From contig CANHCC010000001.1 of NCBI GenBank assembly GCA_947459115.1, forward strand, positions 1 to 60,678: a stretch of 60,678 nucleotides of DNA, given 5' to 3'. The first letter of the stretch is position 1. Every line of letters begins with the position of its first letter. Both the position numbers and the translations under genes were made by a program. Shown piece by piece: positions 54,385-60,678 of the stretch. This stretch comes from Bacteroidota bacterium (lineage in GTDB: Bacteria; Bacteroidota; Bacteroidia; J057; RFSG01). The notes under the pieces were generated by a model, which was not told where the DNA came from, made no database searches, and saw only the letters and a list, made by a program, of their open reading frames with translations.

Positions 54385-57300
54385 ATGAAGAAGGATTTCA
54401 AACTTAAAAGCAATTTCAAGAACATCACCATCAGTCTGGCCTCACCTGAGTCCATCCTGAACCGTTCACACGGTGAGGTGTTGAAGCCTGAAACAATCAA
54501 TTACCGGACCTATAAACCGGAAAAAGACGGACTCTTCTGCGAGCGCATTTTCGGTCCCGTGAAGGACTATGAATGCCATTGTGGTAAGTATAAAAGGATT
54601 CGTTACAAAGGAATTATCTGCGATCGTTGCGGTGTAGAGGTTACTGAAAAGAAAGTTCGGCGCGAGCGTATGGGACATATTTCCTTAGTCGTTCCGGTTG
54701 CACATATCTGGTATTTCCGCTCTTTGCCCAACAAAATCGGGTATCTCCTGGGCTTGCCCAGTAAAAAACTCGATCAAATTATTTACTACGAGCGCTATGT
54801 CGTAATCAACGCCGGTATTAAATCAGAAGAAGGTGTTGTAGACAATGATTTTCTGACGGAAGAGGAATACCTCGAAATTCTGGAAACCCTCCCCAAAGAA
54901 AATCTTTTGCTGCCTGAGGAAGATCCGAATAAGTTCATCGCTAAAATGGGCGCTGATGCATTAGAAATGATGTTAAAGCGTTTGGATCTCGATAAGCTTT
55001 CAGGCGGATTGCGTCATAAGGCTGCCAATGAGACTTCTCAACAGCGGAAAAATGATGCCCTTAAGCGCTTAAAAATTATTGAGTCTTTCCGTGCCGCTCA
55101 GGGGAGAATTGAAAACCGTCCAGAATGGATGATCATTCGTATGGTGCCGGTTATTCCTCCGGAACTAAGACCTTTGGTGCCTTTGGAAGGTGGTCGTTTC
55201 GCAACATCTGACTTGAATGATCTTTACAGACGGGTTATTATCCGTAACAATCGTCTGAAGCGTTTGATTGAAATCAAAGCGCCTGATGTGATTCTAAGAA
55301 ATGAAAAGAGAATGTTGCAGGAAGCTGTAGATTCTCTCTTCGATAATACCCGTAAAGTCAATGCGGTGCGTACAGAATCCAACCGTGCTTTAAAGTCTTT
55401 GAGTGATATGCTCAAAGGTAAGCAAGGCCGATTCCGTCAAAACCTGCTTGGTAAAAGGGTGGATTACTCAGGTCGTTCCGTAATTGTCGTTGGGCCAACG
55501 CTGAAACTGCATGAGTGCGGACTTCCTAAGGATATGGCGGCCGAGTTATTTAAGCCGTTTATTATCCGTAAGCTCATTGAAAGAGGTATTGTTAAAACGG
55601 TAAAATCTGCCAAGAAGATTGTAGATCGCAAGGATGCTATTGTTTGGGATATTCTGGAGAATGTGTTGAAAGGCCATCCGGTTCTTCTGAACCGTGCCCC
55701 AACCTTACACAGATTAGGTATCCAGGCATTCCAGCCCAAATTAGTAGAAGGTAAGGCTATTCAGCTTCACCCGCTCGTTTGTACCGGTTTTAACGCGGAT
55801 TTTGACGGTGACCAGATGGCCGTGCATGTGCCTCTGTCCCATGAAGCCTGCCTTGAAGCAATGGTTCTGATGCTGGCCAGTCATAACATCCTTCACCCAA
55901 TGAATGGTGCCCCTATTACCCTTCCTTCTCAGGACATGGTATTGGGTAACTATTACATGACGAAGGCTCGTCCCGGTCAGAAAGGGGAAGGAATGCGCTT
56001 CTACAGTCACGAAGAAGTAATTATCGCTTACAATGAAGGTAAGTTGGCTCTTCACGCCAAAATCTCGGTAAGAATTCCTAAAATAGATCCTGAAACAGGA
56101 TTGCAACCCAATGACCCCAATACGGGTCTGCCTCAGACCGAAATAATGGAAACGACCACCGGTAGGGTAATCTTTAACCAGATTGTTCCTAAGAGTGTAG
56201 GATTCATTAATAAATTATTGACCAAAAAATCAATGCGGGATATCATTATGGATATCTTCCGTAAAACCAGTATGACCCGTACGGTTCAATTCCTGGATGA
56301 CCTGAAAGAGCTTGGATTTAAATTCGCCTTCCGTGGCGGTCTTTCTTTCGGTCTTTCGGATGTATTGATTCCCCCGGATAAGGCTCACCTCATCGCTGAT
56401 GCTAATGCTAAAATTGATGAAGTAACTGAAAACTATAACATGGGTTTCATTACAGAAAATGAGCGTTATAACCAGGTTATAGATATTTGGACGCGTACGA
56501 ACTCCAAATTGACAGATGTTCTGATTAAGCAGTTGACGGACGATAATCAAGGATTTAATTCCGTCTTTATGATGCTCGATTCCGGTGCACGCGGTTCTAA
56601 AGAACAGATTCGTCAGTTGGGTGGTATGAGAGGTTTGATGGCTAAGCCACAAAAATCTTTGAAGGGCTCTGTTGGGGAGATCATCGAAAATCCGATTTTA
56701 TCCAACTTCCGTGAAGGTCTTTCTGTATTGGAATACTTTATTTCTACCCATGGTGCCCGTAAGGGTCTTGCGGATACAGCCTTGAAAACGGCGGATGCCG
56801 GTTATCTTACCAGAAGGCTGGTGGATGTTTCTCAGGATGTTATCATCACAGAAGACGATTGCGGCACGCTCAGAGGTATTACCACTTCCGCGCTGAAGGA
56901 TAATGAGGATATTGTTGAACCCTTGTCTGAAAGAATTCTTGGCCGTGTATCCATTGAAGATGTGCGTGATCCATTGACCGATGAACTGATTGTAAGTGTA
57001 GGTCAGATGATTGATGATAAAATCGCAAAGCGCCTCGATGAGTCTGCGATTGAATCTGTTGAAATTCGTTCCGTGCTTACCTGCGAGTCTAAAAGAGGGG
57101 TATGTGCTAAATGTTATGGTCGTAATCTTGCAACTGCTGCCCTGGTTCAGGTTGGTGAAGCTGTAGGGGTTATTGCTGCTCAGTCTATCGGTGAACCCGG
57201 AACGCAGCTGACACTCCGTACTTTCCACGTGGGTGGTGCTGCACAGCGTTTAACTTCAGAAAGTCAGATTAAGAGTAAGTTTGATGGGGTTGTACAATTC

Positions 57301-58734
57301 GAAGGAATTAAAACCGTTGAACTGAAAGATGAATCAGAAGATGCAGGAAGTGGTAAGCGTCATGTCGTCATTGGGCGTAGTGGTGAATTGAAAATCACTG
57401 ACGGGAAAGATAAATTGCTGGTGACTTACAATGTTCCTTATGGTTCTGAAATCCTGATTAAAGACGGAGATAAAATTACTAAAGGTCAAGACCTATGTAA
57501 GTGGGATCCCTACAACGCGGTAATTCTTTCTGAATTCCCCGGAAAGGTTGTATTCGAAAATATCATTGAAGGTGTTACTTTCCGTGAAGAATCGGATGAA
57601 CAAACCGGACACAAAGAAAAAGTTATCACAGAAAGCCGCGATAAAACAACCAATCCGGCGATCAAGATTGTGGATACTAAAACAGGTGATACGCTGAAGA
57701 ATTACAATATTCCGGTAGGTTCTCACATTATCGTAGATGATAATGATAAGGTTAAATCCGGTCAGATTCTGGTTAAAATTCCGCGTCAGACAGGAAAGAC
57801 TTCGGATATCACCGGCGGTCTGCCGCGTGTAACAGAATTGTTTGAAGCGCGTAACCCGTCTAATCCTGCAGTGGTCTCTGAAGTAGATGGTATCGTAACG
57901 CTTGGCACGATCAAGCGTGGTAACCGTGAGATTGTTGTTCAGTCCAGAGATGGTCAGGATGAAAGAAAATACCTGGTGCCATTGTCCAAACATATCTTGG
58001 TACAGGATAATGACTTGGTATATGCCGGTAGTCCGTTATCAGATGGTGCAATTACGCCTGCAGATATTCTGCGCATTAAAGGATCCAGTGCAGTTCAAGA
58101 GTATATCGTAAATGAAATCCAGGAGGTATATCGTCTTCAGGGGGTTAAAATCAACGATAAACACATTGAAGTTGTCGTTCGTCAGATGATGCAAAAGGTG
58201 TTAATTGAAGATCCGGGCGATACGACTTTCCTTGAAAAGGAAATCGTAGACAAAATCGAATTCCAGGAGGTTAATGACGATATTTTTGACAAGAAGTATG
58301 TCGTTGATGCCGGAGATTCTGAAAATGTAACCGTTGGACAGTTGATTAGCTCCCGTAAGTTAAGGGATGAAAACTCTATGCTCATTCGTAAGGATAAAAA
58401 GCCTGTCGAAGTTAGAGATGCTAAACCTGCGATCGCTTATCCTACCCTTCAGGGTATCACCAGAGCTTCTCTTGGTACTAAGTCCTTTATGTCAGCAGCC
58501 TCCTTCCAGGAAACAACGAAGGTGTTGAATGAAGCCGCCATCACAGCTAAAGTGGATCACCTGTTGGGCTTGAAGGAGAATGTTATTGTAGGTCACCTGA
58601 TTCCGGCAGGAACAGGCTTAAGAGCCTATGAGGATTTGATTGTTGCAGATGCAGAAGAAATCGCCAATCTGAAGGAGGTCGCTTCGGGAGAAAAAACCGG
58701 ACGCGATTCCATTCTTGAAAAGTTGAAGCGATAA
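54385..58734 (+). CDS. rpoC: DNA-directed RNA polymerase subunit beta'
   Basis: 1449 aa with the zinc-binding CHCGKY...CDRCGVEV and the catalytic [12 protein letters not shown]. Confidence 0.98.
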   Translation: MKKDFKLKSNFKNITISLASPESILNRSHGEVLKPETINYRTYKPEKDGLFCERIFGPVKDYECHCGKYKRIRYKGIICDRCGVEVTEKKVRRERMGHISLVVPVAHIWYFRSLPNKIGYLLGLPSKKLDQIIYYERYVVINAGIKSEEGVVDNDFLTEEEYLEILETLPKENLLLPEEDPNKFIAKMGADALEMMLKRLDLDKLSGGLRHKAANETSQQRKNDALKRLKIIESFRAAQGRIENRPEWMIIRMVPVIPPELRPLVPLEGGRFATSDLNDLYRRVIIRNNRLKRLIEIKAPDVILRNEKRMLQEAVDSLFDNTRKVNAVRTESNRALKSLSDMLKGKQGRFRQNLLGKRVDYSGRSVIVVGPTLKLHECGLPKDMAAELFKPFIIRKLIERGIVKTVKSAKKIVDRKDAIVWDILENVLKGHPVLLNRAPTLHRLGIQAFQPKLVEGKAIQLHPLVCTGFNADFDGDQMAVHVPLSHEACLEAMVLMLASHNILHPMNGAPITLPSQDMVLGNYYMTKARPGQKGEGMRFYSHEEVIIAYNEGKLALHAKISVRIPKIDPETGLQPNDPNTGLPQTEIMETTTGRVIFNQIVPKSVGFINKLLTKKSMRDIIMDIFRKTSMTRTVQFLDDLKELGFKFAFRGGLSFGLSDVLIPPDKAHLIADANAKIDEVTENYNMGFITENERYNQVIDIWTRTNSKLTDVLIKQLTDDNQGFNSVFMMLDSGARGSKEQIRQLGGMRGLMAKPQKSLKGSVGEIIENPILSNFREGLSVLEYFISTHGARKGLADTALKTADAGYLTRRLVDVSQDVIITEDDCGTLRGITTSALKDNEDIVEPLSERILGRVSIEDVRDPLTDELIVSVGQMIDDKIAKRLDESAIESVEIRSVLTCESKRGVCAKCYGRNLATAALVQVGEAVGVIAAQSIGEPGTQLTLRTFHVGGAAQRLTSESQIKSKFDGVVQFEGIKTVELKDESEDAGSGKRHVVIGRSGELKITDGKDKLLVTYNVPYGSEILIKDGDKITKGQDLCKWDPYNAVILSEFPGKVVFENIIEGVTFREESDEQTGHKEKVITESRDKTTNPAIKIVDTKTGDTLKNYNIPVGSHIIVDDNDKVKSGQILVKIPRQTGKTSDITGGLPRVTELFEARNPSNPAVVSEVDGIVTLGTIKRGNREIVVQSRDGQDERKYLVPLSKHILVQDNDLVYAGSPLSDGAITPADILRIKGSSAVQEYIVNEIQEVYRLQGVKINDKHIEVVVRQMMQKVLIEDPGDTTFLEKEIVDKIEFQEVNDDIFDKKYVVDAGDSENVTVGQLISSRKLRDENSMLIRKDKKPVEVRDAKPAIAYPTLQGITRASLGTKSFMSAASFQETTKVLNEAAITAKVDHLLGLKENVIVGHLIPAGTGLRAYEDLIVADAEEIANLKEVASGEKTGRDSILEKLKR

Positions 58735-58756
58735 TATTCTTCATCAGGAAATTGAT

Positions 58757-58789
58757 AAAAACGCCGGGAGCAATTCCGGCGTTTTTTTC
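58757..58789 (+). terminator. Intrinsic terminator after rpoC
   Basis: ACGCCGG-GAGCAATT-CCGGCGT followed by a T7 run. Confidence 0.8.
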
Positions 58790-58893
58790 TATTTACAAAC
58801 CCGGGATATTGGCAAGGCTTCAATACCGGAGTCTAATCTCGCCTTAGGATAATTTTATATTAATTTTCGCAGTATTGGGTGATTCCGTAAATT

Positions 58894-58901
58894 TACTTTT
58901 G
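58894..58901 (+). promoter_or_regulatory. Candidate -7 box TACTTTTG upstream of the 58997 ORF
   Basis: Exact TAnnTTTG fit 96 nt upstream of the ATG. The -33 partner is unclear. Confidence 0.3.
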
Positions 58902-58996
58902 GATAGCTCAATGGCGATAAATTCAGTCATTAAGTTGCCTTGTCAGATAATATCTGATGGATGAAAATATTGCAATAAATCCACACAAAGAATACT

Positions 58997-59959
58997 ATGA
59001 ACCCACTCGTTCTGATTATTATTTCTCTTATTTCCGGTTGGAAATCACCGGATGCCAATTCTCCCGTGGGTAGGTATCATGGTTTTGTCAATCAGGCAGA
59101 AGAAGCTTATTTCGGCAGAGGGGATGCCAGGGCAGCGCTTGTTCATTACGACAGCGCTTTTGCAGCCTGGCCCGGTCTTAGGTATGATCATTTGAATGCA
59201 TCTTTCGCAGCAATGAAAGACTTTCACTACCGAAAGTTTGATGAATATATCTGTCGGGGTAGGGAGGCTGGTCTAACACGAAATCGTGTCAGGCATATGC
59301 TCCATAAAGAACAACCCCTTTTATGGAAATCCTTTAAGCAATATATGCGGAATACCCGGGTAGGGTTTTATGGCTTTTTTCGGTACCGAACCAGAATCAT
59401 ATTGCCATCCTACCGTAAACCCGCTCGCAAGATGGAAAGAGTCTTTCAGCGCTCCAGAAGAGTTCATACCTATAAATGTGTAGAGCGTTTATTTGGTAAA
59501 GGAATAGATAGACGAAATGTCAGACGCCTTGAAAAAATAACAAATGCTTACGGCTTCCCGGATATGTTAAAGACCGGCGATTCTTATCCATGTAAAGAAT
59601 GTGGTTACCGTTATTCTCATGTCTTGGATTATGCCGCTCGTTTCCCGGAGTTTCAACAAACACTTGAAAAATTGGGTCCTGTCATGCTTGAATCATTGGA
59701 GAAAGGCGGGTTGTATCCCAGAACGCTTCCTTTTTTAATTGATCGCTATTTGTTTTTTCAAGGTGCCCCCCAATTGTTTGGAACTGTCGTGGTAAAAAAA
59801 CAAAATGTCGATCGTAGCTGGGGCTATTTTCGCCATGATGTTCAAAGCGTTGATCTGGCGAATGAATACAGAACCAAATTCTTTTTGCCCTCTTTGGAGT
59901 TGGAAATAAAAAAATCCGGAATAGGTTTTAAAGCCCCAGAGCCCAAGAATAATCCATAA
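58997..59959 (+). CDS. Hypothetical protein, strongly basic (Arg/Lys-rich)
   Basis: 320-aa ORF with a hydrophobic N-terminus (LVLIIISLISGW) and many R/K/Y/F runs (RYRTRIILPSYRKPARKMERVFQRSRRVH). I recognise no family motif. Confidence 0.5.
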   Translation: MNPLVLIIISLISGWKSPDANSPVGRYHGFVNQAEEAYFGRGDARAALVHYDSAFAAWPGLRYDHLNASFAAMKDFHYRKFDEYICRGREAGLTRNRVRHMLHKEQPLLWKSFKQYMRNTRVGFYGFFRYRTRIILPSYRKPARKMERVFQRSRRVHTYKCVERLFGKGIDRRNVRRLEKITNAYGFPDMLKTGDSYPCKECGYRYSHVLDYAARFPEFQQTLEKLGPVMLESLEKGGLYPRTLPFLIDRYLFFQGAPQLFGTVVVKKQNVDRSWGYFRHDVQSVDLANEYRTKFFLPSLELEIKKSGIGFKAPEPKNNP

Positions 59960-59984
59960 TGACAGAATCCTGTCGCAGGCGGAT

Positions 59985-60678
59985 TTAATCCGGGAAGCTA
60001 ACTTCAATACATATCCCTATTAAGTTGAGCCCTTTCATAAAACGATCGTTTCTGTTGCGCAGCAACTGGTAGGTTGTATATTCATACCTCGTTCGACTAT
60101 ATTGAAGACCAGCATAACAGTTTTTAAATACCTGAAAGGTAAGGTCGCATGAGATCTGAAGGGTGCCTTGGATTTTTAAAAGCGGATGAATAAAACCGGA
60201 AGGAGAGGGCTTGGCTTCTTGTTCTATCAAAAATATATTTGGCGATGAATCATTTGAGTAATCAAAGGAAAGAACTTTTCCTGCGGAAATACTTGTGAAT
60301 TCAGGATGAATGGTAATAAAAGCCTTTTTGAATAGGCGATAAGAAATAATGCCATTAAATCCAGCTGTCCAAATTCTTAGGTCATACCCTTTGAGATAAT
60401 CCCTATTAACCTGGTTTCTCAGGGTTCGGGTACCCGGTAAAAGGATAGGCCTTGGATCGGAAAGGAGTCTTGCATTTATGCCAAAGCCTAAGAAGAGGCC
60501 GGTGTTTTTAATGGGGTAGGATTTATAGGCGGCTAATTCATATTGTTTCTCTTGATTTGGTCCTGTCCTCAGGTTTGTTTTAATATGATTGGCTGAATTA
60601 ATGGAGGGATATTGAGCATATACTTGAAAAAAGAATAGGCATGAGAATAGGATGATTCGTTTGAGGGAAGCGATAATG
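59985..60678 (-). CDS. Hypothetical secreted or outer-membrane protein, 5'-partial (runs off the window end)
   Basis: My own translation of the minus strand stays open in one frame from the window edge to the TAA at 59985-59987 (about 230 aa). The N-terminal part reads ...IIASLKRIILFSCLFFFQVYAQ (signal peptide). The track lists only its last 81 aa, from an internal TTG. The beta-rich alternating pattern suggests a small barrel, but this is unverified. Confidence 0.5.
   Translation of the reverse strand, partial: IIASLKRIILFSCLFFFQVYAQYPSINSANHIKTNLRTGPNQEKQYELAAYKSYPIKNTGLFLGFGINARLLSDPRPILLPGTRTLRNQVNRDYLKGYDLRIWTAGFNGIISYRLFKKAFITIHPEFTSISAGKVLSFDYSNDSSPNIFLIEQEAKPSPSGFIHPLLKIQGTLQISCDLTFQVFKNCYAGLQYSRTRYEYTTYQLLRNRNDRFMKGLNLIGICIEVSFPD

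Noticed and set aside
1-60678. Mobile elements, prophage, toxin-antitoxin or known defence systems.
   Set aside because: No transposase, integrase, recombinase, restriction-modification, Cas or abortive-infection-like ORFs are recognisable in any frame. The only phage-like element is the S74 tail-fibre chaperone domain embedded in the adhesin.

Overview
This 60.7-kb window looks like a chromosomal segment from a Bacteroidota-type genome. Three things support that: four predicted T9SS cargo proteins (type A and type B C-terminal sorting domains, SprB repeats), recurring TAnnTTTG -7 promoter-like boxes, and a Rho factor with a large N-terminal insertion. Species cannot be determined from the sequence alone.

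Gene content, left to right:
- **Surface-protein locus (1-12 kb).** A 1401-aa fibre/adhesin combines YadA-head-like repeats, a phage tail-fibre S74 chaperone domain and a T9SS CTD. It is preceded by a 19-nt poly-C tract. Next comes a 2494-aa SBBP/SprB-repeat protein with a type B CTD.
- **Molybdenum-cofactor operon (12.1-18.5 kb).** Order is moaA-moeA-TSUP-mog-moaD-moeB(rhodanese)-moaE-moaC/moaB.
- **Housekeeping genes.** 2-hydroxyacid dehydrogenase, rsmA, pepA, pdxA, an SbtA-like permease, feoAB, serS, rho, a P-type ATPase, a T9SS-secreted S8 peptidase, a geranylgeranyl-reductase-family flavoprotein, a DUF1684 protein and several orphan lipoproteins or secreted proteins.
- **A second SprB-repeat type B CTD protein (27.7-31.9 kb).**
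- **The conserved translation/transcription block.** tRNA-Thr/Tyr/Gly/Thr-tuf-tRNA-Trp-secE-nusG-rplKAJL-rpoBC.

I recognise no rRNA, CRISPR array, transposase, integrase or known defence genes.

The observations most worth following up are non-coding or architectural:
1. The poly-C tract sits between an upstream ATG and the adhesin ORF, which makes it a candidate phase-variation switch.
2. The adhesin joins a self-cleaving S74 chaperone to a T9SS CTD, which raises a secretion-order problem.
3. A sharp AT-rich block spans the boundary between the two giant genes.
4. A 20-bp perfect palindrome plus a 67 percent C tract lies between the giant gene and moaA.
5. Two arrays of a near-palindromic 15-mer (4 and 9 copies, about 20 kb apart, inverted relative to each other) lie in intergenic DNA and match nothing I recognise.

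All functional calls come from reading the translated ORFs and motifs by eye. No database search was run.
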